A stretch of DNA of 64,000 bases from Bacteroidota bacterium (lineage in GTDB: Bacteria; Bacteroidota; Bacteroidia; Bacteroidales; JAAUTT01). A model generated the notes under the pieces. That model was not told the origin of the DNA. It saw only the letters and a list, made by a program, of their open reading frames with translations, and ran no database searches. The stretch is taken from assembly GCA_020048915.1 (NCBI GenBank), contig JAIFLU010000230.1, positions 12,697 to 76,696 of the forward strand. Direction: 5' to 3'. The stretch's first letter is position 1. Each line of letters opens with the position of its first letter. Below are positions 30,645 through 40,586 of the stretch, in pieces. The position numbers and the translations under genes are program-made.

Positions 30645-31139
30645 TTAATCGTAAAGCTTCATAAATTCATAAGTATTTCCTGTCCAATTCATAAACTTTA
30701 TGAAGTTGGTAACACTAACGATTATACTTGCATTATTATTATTCGGATGGAAGCTAATTGTTTTTGCATGTTGTAATTTTTCGTCGAAATACACGTGAAC
30801 GTGGCTTTCTATATCGTTAATTAATCCAAAAGGTGAAACGGATCCTGGTGATAATCCCAAATATTTCTTCATCCGCTGTTCGGATGCAAAACTAATTTTA
30901 CCCTGCTTCAAACGCTTTTCGAGATCATGAATGTCTAGTTGCCTTGTGTGCTCCAGTATAACCAAATAGTGTTTGTTGCCTTTATGATTTCGGAAGAACA
31001 GATTTTTACAGTGGGTTGCATCTAAATCTTCCCAATACTGTTTGGCTTCTTCTATTGTTGGGGCAGGAGGATGTTCATAATATTCAAAGGAAATATCAAG
31101 GTCTTTTAAAATTTTATAGAGTAGGGGTTGACCATTCAT
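30645..31139 (-). CDS. prolyl-tRNA synthetase-associated (YbaK/ProX-like) deacylase domain protein
   Basis: 164 aa. The pattern LDISFEYYEHPPAPTIEEA...HCKNLFFRN...GSVSPFGL is typical of this family. Confidence 0.7.
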   Translation of the reverse strand: MNGQPLLYKILKDLDISFEYYEHPPAPTIEEAKQYWEDLDATHCKNLFFRNHKGNKHYLVILEHTRQLDIHDLEKRLKQGKISFASEQRMKKYLGLSPGSVSPFGLINDIESHVHVYFDEKLQHAKTISFHPNNNNASIIVSVTNFIKFMNWTGNTYEFMKLYD

Positions 31140-31237
31140 AGTATAACCTGATTATCTTTTGTTAAATAAAAACTTAACAAAGATAGGGTCTAACAGATAA
31201 TACGATAACTTTGGAAGCAAATTTTCAGGTCAAATTT

Positions 31238-32137
31238 ATGCATATGAATCATATTGGGGAGATTGCAGCTTTAATGGTGGCTTTTTTCTGGACTATTACA
31301 GCGCTGTCATTTGAATCGGCCAGTAATAAGGTTGGCTCACTAGCCGTAAATCTGATCCGCTTATTGCTTGGTTTTTTATTTTTAACTGTTTTTACGTATT
31401 TCTACCGAGGAATTGCCTTTCCGGTAGATGCTACTTTAAATCAATGGGTATGGCTGAGTTTATCAGGATTGATTGGTTTTGTGCTGGGCGATTTATGCTT
31501 ATTTAAATCGTTTACCTTAATTGGCTCGCGTTTGGCAATGCTCATTATGACACTTGTGCCCCCCATTACTGCCTTTTTGGGTTTTACCTTGTTGGGCGAA
31601 ACACTATCCCTATTTAATTTACTGGGAATGTCGTTAACATTTGCAGGTATTTTTTTGGCAATATTTAGCAGGGCAACGGCAACCGAAAAACTAAAACTGA
31701 ATGTTCCGTTAAAAGGGTTTTTGCTTGCGCTAGGCGGAGCATTTGGACAGGCATTGGGATTAGTTTTAAGTAAAAAAGGGATGGGGAACTACGATCCTTT
31801 TGCTGCTACGCAAATTCGTATTATTACCGGCATTGTGGGCTTTGCTGGAATTGTTATTTTATTTAACAGGGCTGGGCAGATTAAAAATGCATTTATGCAT
31901 AAAAAAGGGATGACAGGAATAGCGCTGGGTTCTTTTTTTGGACCATTTCTCGGGGTTTCGTTTTCACTTCTCTCCATTCAGCATACCGAAACCGGCATAG
32001 CATCTACTATTATGGCAATTGTTCCAATTTTAATCATTGCACCTTCCGTTTTAATTTTCAAACAAAAAGTTACTATTCGCGAAATTATCGGAGCAGTAAT
32101 AAGTGTAATTGGGGTAGCTTTGTTTTTTGTGAAATGA
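31238..32137 (+). CDS. DMT/EamA-family transporter
   Basis: The track ORF starts at TTG 31211. ATG 31238 (MHMNHIGEIAAL) is more plausible. About 10 TM segments with an internal EamA duplication. Confidence 0.8.
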   Translation: MHMNHIGEIAALMVAFFWTITALSFESASNKVGSLAVNLIRLLLGFLFLTVFTYFYRGIAFPVDATLNQWVWLSLSGLIGFVLGDLCLFKSFTLIGSRLAMLIMTLVPPITAFLGFTLLGETLSLFNLLGMSLTFAGIFLAIFSRATATEKLKLNVPLKGFLLALGGAFGQALGLVLSKKGMGNYDPFAATQIRIITGIVGFAGIVILFNRAGQIKNAFMHKKGMTGIALGSFFGPFLGVSFSLLSIQHTETGIASTIMAIVPILIIAPSVLIFKQKVTIREIIGAVISVIGVALFFVK

Positions 32138-32201
32138 AAATTTAGTTTTCCTTATCCTAAATTCAATAAAACGCTTACTTTTGCGAAATCTTTTTAAAGA
32201 A

Positions 32202-32286
32202 GGAGAGCTGGCAGAGTGGTCGATCGTGGCAGTCTCGAAAACTGTTGTACTGCAAGGTACCGGGGGTTCGAATCCCTCGCTCTCCG
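32202..32286 (+). tRNA. tRNA-Ser (anticodon CGA)
   Basis: Acceptor stem GGAGAGC/GCTCTCC. Anticodon stem-loop GCAGT-CTCGAAA-ACTGT (anticodon CGA). Long variable arm, T-arm GGGGG-TTCGAAT-CCCTC, discriminator G. CCA is not encoded. Confidence 0.9.
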
Positions 32287-32300
32287 CTGGAACTATATAA

Positions 32301-32333
32301 ACGAGGGATTGTATAAACAGTCTCTCGTTTTTT
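32301..32333 (+). terminator. intrinsic terminator after tRNA-Ser
   Basis: ACGAGGGA - 12-nt loop - TCTCTCGT (8 bp, one G-T pair), followed by a T6 run. Confidence 0.6.
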
Positions 32334-32488
32334 ACACTATAGCAATTGATTTTAGAATATTCCCTTGTTTTTTCGTAAAGCACCTAATTTTTTATCCGAC
32401 GCCTTTAGTAATTTGAACATCAAAAAAATCAAGCTGCATATTGCGGAAACGATTTGAGGATTATTATTAAAACATATATATTCAAAAT

Positions 32489-33631
32489 ATGACTTTTTCG
32501 TCACTAGGGTTATCTGAAATTTTATTAAAAGAACTGGAGAACCAAAATTTTACAGTTCCTTTTCCTGTTCAGGCAGAGGCTATTCCGGCAATACTTAAAG
32601 GGAAAGACGTCTTTTGTAATGCCCCTACAGGATCAGGGAAAACTGCCAGTTTTGTGCTTCCCATTTTAGAGCTGCTTCAAAATAATAAACCTTCGCGAAA
32701 CCGACATATTAAAGTCCTTGTTTTAGTTCCAACGCGCGAATTAGCTATTCAAACAGATGATGTTTTCAGGCAGTTTGCAGCTTCATTACCTCGTAAGGTT
32801 AAATCGCTGGCAGTTTTTGGAGGGGTTTCAATTAATCCGCAAATGATCCAGCTTCAGGGGGTAGAAATTTTGATTGCCACACCTGGCAGGTTGCTTGATC
32901 TGGTTACTTCAAATGCCTTGTCTCTTTCAAGTGTTGAAACATTGATATTAGATGAGGCCGATAAGATGCTCAACCTTGGATTTAAACAGGAGATGGACAG
33001 TATTTTAAAATTATTAGCTTCCAAGCGGCAAAATATTCTTTATTCTGCGACACTTGCAAAAGAGGTTACTTCTATAAAGGATATTCTTCTGAACAATCCT
33101 GTTGAAATAGTGATACAGGAAAATGCAAATGATCTTTTATTGATTGAAGAACTGGCTTATTTTGTCCCTGAAGAAAAGAAAGGACCGCTTTTGCGTTATT
33201 TAATCAGGCGCGAAGGAATGGATCAGGTTTTGGTTTTTGTTTCTTCTATTTTTAAAGCCGATAGTGTTGTTAACAAACTTCAGAAGAACGGAATACAGGC
33301 GGCATCTTTTCATAGCAAAAATAGCCAGGGGGCTCGGATGGATGCCCTCAGGAAATTTAAGTCTGGAGCGCTACGGGTATTAGTAGCCACCGATTTGGCT
33401 TCAAGGGGTATTGATATTCAACTTCTTCCTTATGTAATTAATTATGAGTTGCCCCGGTCGCCAAAAGAATATATCCACCGGATTGGTAGAACGGGTCGTG
33501 CAGGATCTCAAGGTATGGCTATTTCGTTAATAAGTCCTGAGGAACGACAGCATTTTAAAGTAATTCAGAAAAAGTCAGGGAAACCTGTTACCATGATTGA
33601 TTCGGAAGGAATTGATTTGCATGGTTATTAA
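32489..33631 (+). CDS. DEAD-box ATP-dependent RNA helicase (RhlE-like)
   Basis: 380 aa. Q-motif region, APTGSGKT, DEAD (LDEADKM), SAT and HRIGRTGRAG. Confidence 0.9.
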   Translation: MTFSSLGLSEILLKELENQNFTVPFPVQAEAIPAILKGKDVFCNAPTGSGKTASFVLPILELLQNNKPSRNRHIKVLVLVPTRELAIQTDDVFRQFAASLPRKVKSLAVFGGVSINPQMIQLQGVEILIATPGRLLDLVTSNALSLSSVETLILDEADKMLNLGFKQEMDSILKLLASKRQNILYSATLAKEVTSIKDILLNNPVEIVIQENANDLLLIEELAYFVPEEKKGPLLRYLIRREGMDQVLVFVSSIFKADSVVNKLQKNGIQAASFHSKNSQGARMDALRKFKSGALRVLVATDLASRGIDIQLLPYVINYELPRSPKEYIHRIGRTGRAGSQGMAISLISPEERQHFKVIQKKSGKPVTMIDSEGIDLHGY

Positions 33632-33654
33632 TAAATATTGTTCCCAGTCGAACG

Positions 33655-34569
33655 CTAATATGCTCCTTTGACTTTCATATCTAACGTAAACACCGATTTT
33701 GAAGCTGTTATAAATAGTATATTACGGTTTTTACCTCCAAAACAAACGTTGGCTGTCCATTTTTCATCCAAAGGGATTTGCTCAATTTGTTCACCCTTCA
33801 TATTGAATACAGTTACTCCTGCAGCATTGGTGATATAAACATTTCCTTTGTTGTCAATAGTCATTCCATCCGACCCTTTTTCGATAAATAATTGTTTGTC
33901 AGTTAACGATCCATCCGGTTGAATTTTATAAACATATGTTTTACCAGCATTGATATCCGAAACATACAGATTTTTATTGTCGGGAGTTCCAATAATGCCA
34001 TTGGGTGCCAGTAACCCATCTGCTATCCGGCTGAATTGTTTTTTATCGGGGCTTAAATAATAAACACATTGGGCATCTTGTTGCATTTGATTATGCTTCC
34101 ACCAATTTCGCTTATAGAATGGATCGGTAACGTATATTCCGCCTTTTTTATCAATCCATAAATCGTTGGGGCCATTTAATAACTTGCCCTGGTAGTTTTC
34201 GACTAATACGGTTATGTTTTTATCTTTGTCAAATTCAATCAATTGATTATTGAGGTCGGCACAACTAATGAGGTTATCGTCCTTATCAAAATACAGTCCG
34301 TTGGATCGAAAGGAACTATCCATATAGACCGAAAGCTTTCCATCGCTTGCCGACCATTTAATGATTTTATTGTTTGGCTGATCGGTGAAATATACGTTTC
34401 CGGCTTTGTCAACAGCCGGGCCCTCTGTAAAAGAATACGAATCGCTTAGTCTGACAGGTTTGGCTCCTTTAGCAATTATCAGGCTTTCAGTTTGTTTTTT
34501 CTGGGCGAAGGTAGAAGTGCAAAAAAGAACCCCTGCAATGGTATAAATAATATACTTAGTTAGGTACAT
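33655..34569 (-). CDS. SMP-30/gluconolactonase/LRE-family protein, exported
   Basis: 304 aa with a signal peptide. Has FTEGPAVDKAGNVYFTD and repeated beta-propeller blades. Confidence 0.8.
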   Translation of the reverse strand: MYLTKYIIYTIAGVLFCTSTFAQKKQTESLIIAKGAKPVRLSDSYSFTEGPAVDKAGNVYFTDQPNNKIIKWSASDGKLSVYMDSSFRSNGLYFDKDDNLISCADLNNQLIEFDKDKNITVLVENYQGKLLNGPNDLWIDKKGGIYVTDPFYKRNWWKHNQMQQDAQCVYYLSPDKKQFSRIADGLLAPNGIIGTPDNKNLYVSDINAGKTYVYKIQPDGSLTDKQLFIEKGSDGMTIDNKGNVYITNAAGVTVFNMKGEQIEQIPLDEKWTANVCFGGKNRNILFITASKSVFTLDMKVKGAY

Positions 34570-34873
34570 GTTACTTATCTTTAAATTAGTTCATATTTAA
34601 CAAATATATGCAGTATTCCTTATAAAGGGGCAGTGGTAGCCTTGAAAACGTAAGAAATCAAACCCGTCACAGAATAATCTTAAAATGTAAAAAAGGCCCT
34701 GAAGGCAAAACTGTATAGAAAGGTATAAAAAGTAGCAAAATTAAATTAATAAAAATGATAAAATCCTTTTTAAATGAAGTGGATAAAATTAGTTGCCGGC
34801 AAGAAAGGCTCTGATTATGTGGCAAAAGTGACAGGCAATCTTAAAGTATCTTTTACAATTTATAGTCCTTTAT

Positions 34874-36208
34874 TTACAAATCTGAAGATGGATCTGAATT
34901 CTTACAATTTATTAATTCTCTCTCAACCCACTCCAATTCCTCTTTGTTTCTATCCACTGATTCCCCTAATTTCATCAATCCATTTCGGTATTCTTCAAAT
35001 GCTGCTCTAGATTTTCCCGGCTGCTTCAATTGGGTATATAACAAACCTTCTTCTTTAAAAATTTCGATATTAACTGTTTCACCAATTCCTTTTGCCAATT
35101 GTAAATAGTGTAACGCTTCGTAATTAGCCTCTTCAGTTATATAAAGGGTTTTGTATAGTTTTGCTTTCAACAGAAAGTCCTCCTGGGAAGCTAAATGAGC
35201 ATCTTCCATTTTGTTTACAATTTTCAAAGCTTCTTTATATTCACCTTTATAGAAATATTGCCAGGAGGAAAAGGTTGCCACATTTGCAATGGTTTGATAA
35301 TATTCGTCGTTTGTTCTGGCAGACCAATTTGATTTATTGCTGTCGAGGTACATTTTAGCAACTTTGTTCGATTGTTCCTTTTGGGACCAGGTAATTTCAG
35401 GGCTCATATTGCTTAATTCCATATCGCAGATCGCAGCAGTGGCATAGGTAAGCGTAGCAGCATCGTCCATAGTAAAGTATTCCTTCTCTTTAACTGCGTT
35501 ATTAATAGCCAGAGCTGTTGCCGATATTGCAACCAAGGCCGTAAAAACGGCTGCCCCATTTCTAGCCCGCACCTGTTGTCGTAAATTCAGAAAATGATGA
35601 TCGAGTACTATATTGGCAACCTCTCGGGTAAGCACCTCCACCAGTTCGCTTTCATTATTTAATTGCATCAATAATTCAGTAGAGATAACAATAGTACCAT
35701 TGTCAAATGAAAAGGCAGTTGGATCGTCTGATTTAACAACCACTATATTAAGAATTGCATCCCTATCCTTATGAAGAGGACGAGGGCAAATTTCCTTTAC
35801 TAACGAGTTAAGGTAATCCGTTAACCGATCGTCAATAAAAATTGCATTTTCGGTTTCGGCATGCACCTTAAAATGGCTGCAATCGTTATTTAATTGATTG
35901 CGCATGCCGGTTTTAGCTCCCTTCAATACATAATCGCCCGAACGATAATAAAACCAGGTATTTTCCCAGAAATCGTCATTTCCCTGCACCCTCTTAACAA
36001 CCAATGCATTTAATCGGCGCCATTGCCCGTTATGAAAGGTTAAATATCGTTCTGGGAGGTTTTCGGTAGGAGGAAAATGCCCTAAAACCTGAATGGTATC
36101 CCCCTTTTTATGCCCTAACCGGTTTTTTTGCAAAACAACTGACCTGGGTTGCGCATTTATTGAAATATATGCAAGTATCGAAAACCATAGAATTACACCT
36201 CTCTTCAT
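34874..36208 (-). CDS. hypothetical exported protein with helical-repeat C-terminus
   Basis: 444-aa ORF with a signal peptide. I recognise no catalytic motif. The C-terminal third looks TPR-like. Coding is supported by length only. Confidence 0.5.
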   Translation of the reverse strand: MKRGVILWFSILAYISINAQPRSVVLQKNRLGHKKGDTIQVLGHFPPTENLPERYLTFHNGQWRRLNALVVKRVQGNDDFWENTWFYYRSGDYVLKGAKTGMRNQLNNDCSHFKVHAETENAIFIDDRLTDYLNSLVKEICPRPLHKDRDAILNIVVVKSDDPTAFSFDNGTIVISTELLMQLNNESELVEVLTREVANIVLDHHFLNLRQQVRARNGAAVFTALVAISATALAINNAVKEKEYFTMDDAATLTYATAAICDMELSNMSPEITWSQKEQSNKVAKMYLDSNKSNWSARTNDEYYQTIANVATFSSWQYFYKGEYKEALKIVNKMEDAHLASQEDFLLKAKLYKTLYITEEANYEALHYLQLAKGIGETVNIEIFKEEGLLYTQLKQPGKSRAAFEEYRNGLMKLGESVDRNKEELEWVERELINCKNSDPSSDL

Positions 36209-36399
36209 AGCGGCTTTTGTTGGGACATGTCGAATAATTTACCAATAATTGTGCCATACGAAAATCCATGAAACCTATTGTACGATCCTCCCGTAAACCT
36301 TCGTGTTTTTAGGCCTTTGAAAAATAAAACATCTTTTAAATTCAAAAATCCGATACACCCACAGTTACCAAAATTATTTAACTTTAAAATCCTAAGTAC

Positions 36400-36840
36400 A
36401 TGGAAAACTTACTAGATGCCTCCGTTGAACCAAAAAATCTTGAACTCGAAAGTACTGCTATTCAACATTTAAGTGAAACCCGAAAATGGACAAACTTTTT
36501 ATCGATCATGGGGTTTGTTTTTACTGGTATTTTAATTTTAGTCGTGGTCTTTGGATCATCCATGGTAAGTCAATTGAGTGGCGGCGCGGCCAACCCGGCA
36601 TTATCCCTCATCCCTTTAGTCTTGATAGCAGCTTTATATTTTTTCCCCATATATTATTTATTTATGTTTTCGAAATTTTCAAAACAAGCTATTTCGGATA
36701 ACGATCCCGAAGCTTTTACCACTTCCATGAAATATTTGAAATTTCATTACCGTTTTATGGGGATTCTAGTGATAGTGATATTTGGCATTTATGCAATTAT
36801 TGGGATAGCAGCGGGAGTAGGTTATTTATTTGCACGCTAA
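36400..36840 (+). CDS. small polytopic membrane protein (hypothetical)
   Basis: 146 aa with 3-4 hydrophobic segments. Lies immediately upstream of the RDD gene with a 10-nt gap. Confidence 0.5.
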   Translation: MENLLDASVEPKNLELESTAIQHLSETRKWTNFLSIMGFVFTGILILVVVFGSSMVSQLSGGAANPALSLIPLVLIAALYFFPIYYLFMFSKFSKQAISDNDPEAFTTSMKYLKFHYRFMGILVIVIFGIYAIIGIAAGVGYLFAR

Positions 36841-36850
36841 ATAATTATCA

Positions 36851-37306
36851 ATGTCGGCGAACGAAATTTTAGATGAACAGGTTTTTCAACAAAAGGACGA
36901 TTTTGTCAGCAAACGGCATTGGGCAAGTGGGGGAAAACGCTTTACAAACTATATAATCGATTTAATTATAGTGTATTTTCTAACTGCAATATGCGGAGTG
37001 TTGTATGCCATTAATATTGAGGAAATTGAAATTAGCAGATTACTTTCGTATGCCATCGGAGCTTTTGTAATTATTATCTATTACTGCATTTTTGAAGGTT
37101 TATTTGGAAGATCGATTGGTAAAATGATCACAAAAACCAGAGTAGTTAATAAGGATTTTAGTAAACCTATGTTTCTGGACATCTTTGTTCGAAGTGTATG
37201 CCGGCTAATTCCATTTGAGCAATTCTCTTTCCTGGGCGAAGAATACCGGGGATGGCACGATTCAATTTCAGATACCTATGTAGTTGAGGAAAAATTTATC
37301 GGGTAA
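36851..37306 (+). CDS. RDD-family membrane protein
   Basis: 151 aa with RFTNYIIDLII..., two or three TM segments and SIGKMITKTRVV, a typical RDD arrangement. Confidence 0.7.
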   Translation: MSANEILDEQVFQQKDDFVSKRHWASGGKRFTNYIIDLIIVYFLTAICGVLYAINIEEIEISRLLSYAIGAFVIIIYYCIFEGLFGRSIGKMITKTRVVNKDFSKPMFLDIFVRSVCRLIPFEQFSFLGEEYRGWHDSISDTYVVEEKFIG

Positions 37307-38015
37307 GGCTCACATAATCTTTAATAAGCGTGTTCAAAAAAGCAATTTTATTTGGAGGGGCAACAATACTTAGTTGCTCCTCAATTTTTTGAACCAGCTT
37401 TGTTTGAGCTTCCAGATGCAATTCGTTGGGATATTTTTTGCACCGGTCTATAACCTCCTTAATTAAAAGCATTTCCTCTTCGGTAAATTTAATAACAGCT
37501 GGATAAACCGGAGTATATGTTTTTAGTTTATCCATCGAGAGAATCCGGTCGAGGGAGAAACTGTTAAAATTGATAATTTTAACTACGGTAGTTTCAGCAA
37601 AGAAATCGCCCAAACGTTGACCCTTTTCCGACGAAGAAACTGTAATGAAAGCTAATGTGCCCAGTGTAGAAACAATGTCGATAAACCGGAAAACGGTACG
37701 CATTAAAAAGTCGAAAAATCCGGGTCGTTCCCCGGTAATTTTTACAACCCTTATTTTTAATGCCTTTTTTCCAATAGTTTGTCCATGGTTTAAAGCTTCC
37801 ATTAACAAATGATAAAAGAATGCTACCGGAACAGAGATATAAAAGAAATTAAATGTCTTGCTTTTAGTTAGAAAAACTATAATTCCATAAAGAATGGCGC
37901 TACCCATATTAATTACCACAAGATCGATGCCGGTAGAAAGCGCACGTTCTTCCACCGAGGCAAGTTCGTATTCGATGGTGACATTTTGGGAGGTAGTAAT
38001 ATTTATTTTTCGCAT
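37296..38015 (-). CDS. RDD-family membrane protein with C-terminal soluble extension
   Basis: 239 aa with RALSTGIDLVV..., TIGKKALKIRVV and GDFFAETTVV. Convergent with the previous RDD gene and overlaps it by 11 nt. Confidence 0.7.
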   Translation of the reverse strand: MRKINITTSQNVTIEYELASVEERALSTGIDLVVINMGSAILYGIIVFLTKSKTFNFFYISVPVAFFYHLLMEALNHGQTIGKKALKIRVVKITGERPGFFDFLMRTVFRFIDIVSTLGTLAFITVSSSEKGQRLGDFFAETTVVKIINFNSFSLDRILSMDKLKTYTPVYPAVIKFTEEEMLLIKEVIDRCKKYPNELHLEAQTKLVQKIEEQLSIVAPPNKIAFLNTLIKDYVSLTR

Positions 38016-38073
38016 ATATGGAACCAGAGTATCGGGTTTTAATTAATTTGCACTGTTTTCGTTTTAAAAGTAG

Positions 38074-39927
38074 ATGAAAGAATCGAAATTTGTTGAGCAA
38101 AATAAAAAAAACTGGCAGGAATTTGAAAACGATTTGCGCCATAAGCTTCATAAAGATAAACTTAGCAACCTGTTTATTCAGGTAACGGACGATTTATCGT
38201 ATGCCCGTACCTTCTATAAATCGCGGTCAGTTAAAGTTTACCTGAATGGCATTGCTCAAATTTTGTTCAATAATATCTACCGCAACCAGTGGGGAACCTT
38301 CAAACTGTTTATTAATTTCTGGAAAACCGATTTGCCTCAGCAAATTCATCAGGCCAGAAAAGAGTTCCGAATTTCGTTTATTATTTTCCTGCTGGCGTTT
38401 GGCATTGGCGTCCTATCGAGCATATACGATAAAGATTTCGCACGCTTCATTTTAGGCGACGATTATATAAATATGACCATTGAAAACATCAAGAATAGCG
38501 ACCCCCTTGCGGTTTACAAGCAAGGCAATGAAGCTGAAATGTTTTTGGGAATTACCCTCAATAATTTAATTGTTGCCACCGCTACCTTTGTGTTAGGGGT
38601 ATTTATGTCGATTGGTACCATGGTGGCACTTATTCGAAATGGGGTGATGGTTGGGGTATTTCAATATTTTTTTATAGATCGGGGATTATTTCAGGAATCG
38701 TTTTTAACTATTTGGCAGCACGGAACTATCGAGATATCGTGCATCATTATTGCCGGAGCTGCAGGAATGACCCTTGGCAAAGGTTTAATTTTCCCCGGAA
38801 CCTATTCCCGAATGGAATCATTCAAAATATCCGCTCTCCGTGGGTTAAAAATTTTTCTGGGGATCACTCCGCTCATTATCCTGGCAGGCTTTATTGAAGG
38901 TTTTATAACACGTCATACCGATGTTAATATTATAATACGGCTTGCTGTTATTGGCTTTTCGCTCTGTTTTATTTTGGTTTACTTTGTTTGGTATCCCTGG
39001 CATTTGTCTCGCAAACAGGATTATTCCATTCCTAAAACTGAAAAATTAACCTTTCGGAAAACGACCGCTTTCAGTTTTAACACTATTCTGTCATCTCCTG
39101 AAATTTTAGGATACTCGTTACGGTTTTTTCAGCAAAATATGGTCGCATTTCTGCTTCTCATTGGAGGGAGTGCCTTATTGCATTCCATAGTAACTATATC
39201 GTATGAATTATTTTTCAATTCGCATACAAATACAATCATCACACAATCGTTGCAATCCTTTTTTTCAATGAAAAGCCTGGGATTGCATTTCGCCCTGGGA
39301 ACAATTCTTTTGAGCTTTGCCCAATATAAATTAAGCTCTCAAATAAGCAGGGTATTGAATTTAGAACCTAATCGCGAAAAAAACCGACCATATATTGATG
39401 AATTCCTTCATCTGACATCTTGTATCACGTCCTCACTCCTTATTTTACTTCCATTTTATGTGGGAATCTTTTGGGGGATACTCTCCATTATTTTTCTAAG
39501 CCCTATTGCTTTTTTTCTGGTTTACCAAGGCAAAGCCGAAAGCCAATTTTTTCTGTCGAGCAAAGGCAGTGGCTTTCAACTATTGGGCAATGCCTGGGGA
39601 AAGCTTTTTATCAATACCGCAAAGATATTTGCTATTGTTATAGTTCTTTATATGCTCCTGAATACTTCGGTGGGATGGCAGTTTTTCGAAAGTATTTACC
39701 TGAATTTTAATTTCAATCCACAGGCAATGAATATCATCGAAATGGTTATTATGACGTTGGTAACGGTATCATTATTTGCTGTTTATTTTTATTTTCAGAT
39801 GATAACCAGCATATTTAGCTATTATGCCTTTCGGGAAATTGTTTTTGCGGAAAATTTATCCAATCGAATTGATAAGTTTGGGATAAGAAATGTATTATTT
39901 GGATTTGAAAAAGAAATCAGGAAATGA
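38074..39927 (+). CDS. SpoIIM-like (DUF95) membrane protein fused to a second polytopic region
   Basis: 617 aa. The N-terminal ~320 aa carry SpoIIM-type signatures (LNNLIVATATFVLGVFMSIGT, HGTIEISCIIIAGAAG). The C-terminal ~290 aa add about 6 hydrophobic segments. Confidence 0.7.
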   Translation: MKESKFVEQNKKNWQEFENDLRHKLHKDKLSNLFIQVTDDLSYARTFYKSRSVKVYLNGIAQILFNNIYRNQWGTFKLFINFWKTDLPQQIHQARKEFRISFIIFLLAFGIGVLSSIYDKDFARFILGDDYINMTIENIKNSDPLAVYKQGNEAEMFLGITLNNLIVATATFVLGVFMSIGTMVALIRNGVMVGVFQYFFIDRGLFQESFLTIWQHGTIEISCIIIAGAAGMTLGKGLIFPGTYSRMESFKISALRGLKIFLGITPLIILAGFIEGFITRHTDVNIIIRLAVIGFSLCFILVYFVWYPWHLSRKQDYSIPKTEKLTFRKTTAFSFNTILSSPEILGYSLRFFQQNMVAFLLLIGGSALLHSIVTISYELFFNSHTNTIITQSLQSFFSMKSLGLHFALGTILLSFAQYKLSSQISRVLNLEPNREKNRPYIDEFLHLTSCITSSLLILLPFYVGIFWGILSIIFLSPIAFFLVYQGKAESQFFLSSKGSGFQLLGNAWGKLFINTAKIFAIVIVLYMLLNTSVGWQFFESIYLNFNFNPQAMNIIEMVIMTLVTVSLFAVYFYFQMITSIFSYYAFREIVFAENLSNRIDKFGIRNVLFGFEKEIRK

Positions 39928-40586
39928 GCTTCTGGAAAATATTCATATTTATGGCTTTCATCCTCTTCATTTTTAATAAAAATGCGGTTGGGAATGCGAA
40001 ATCTGAATTAATTAACAAGGAGAAATGGACTAAAGTTTCGAAAACCTACGATTACTCCGAAAATTTTAAATCGCCCAAACCTTCAAAATCAAAACCCATC
40101 CATCGGTCTCCATCTTTTTTTTCAGGATTATCGTGGGTAGTTTATTTACTTATTGGGCTCATTGTGGTAATTCTCATTTCTTTGATTGTATGGCTAACTA
40201 TAAGTTTGTTGAAACAGCGGGGGAATACTTTATCCCAATCTAAAATTTCGATACAGGAAAAAACGTACGAGAACATTGAAGATGCTGACCTGGAACAAGA
40301 GCTGCAGCTCGCTATTTCCAAAGGAAATTTAAAAGATGCTCTTCGGTATCAATACCTGATGGTGATTAAGCTTTTAAACAGACAGCGGTTGGTTATCTGG
40401 AAAAAAGATAAGACTAACGGGCATTATCTGAGCGAAATGGCAGGCAAAAAAGGGTTTGATATCTTTCGGAAACTAACGATAAGCTTCGAACGGGTTTGGT
40501 ATGGCGACAGAGAATTGACCAATGCCGATTATTTAAAACTGATTCCGATATTTGAGCAAATTAAACAAATAATTATTACCCCATGA
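39924..40586 (+). CDS. DUF4129-like membrane-anchored protein
   Basis: 220 aa with a signal/TM segment, a second TM segment and a C-terminal pattern LRYQYLMVIKLLNRQRLVIWKKDKTNGHYL...FERVWYGDRE resembling DUF4129. The start overlaps the upstream stop (ATGA). Confidence 0.6.
   Translation: MSFWKIFIFMAFILFIFNKNAVGNAKSELINKEKWTKVSKTYDYSENFKSPKPSKSKPIHRSPSFFSGLSWVVYLLIGLIVVILISLIVWLTISLLKQRGNTLSQSKISIQEKTYENIEDADLEQELQLAISKGNLKDALRYQYLMVIKLLNRQRLVIWKKDKTNGHYLSEMAGKKGFDIFRKLTISFERVWYGDRELTNADYLKLIPIFEQIKQIIITP

Noticed and set aside
32202-32286. tRNA-Ser as the integration site of a genomic island, with the Arm-like ORF at 29489-30367 as its integrase.
   Set aside because: The Arm-like protein lacks a catalytic domain and lies on the 5' side, 1.8 kb away, with housekeeping-type genes in between. 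I saw no direct repeat of the tRNA 3' end, and the genes downstream (DEAD-box helicase, SMP-30) look core.
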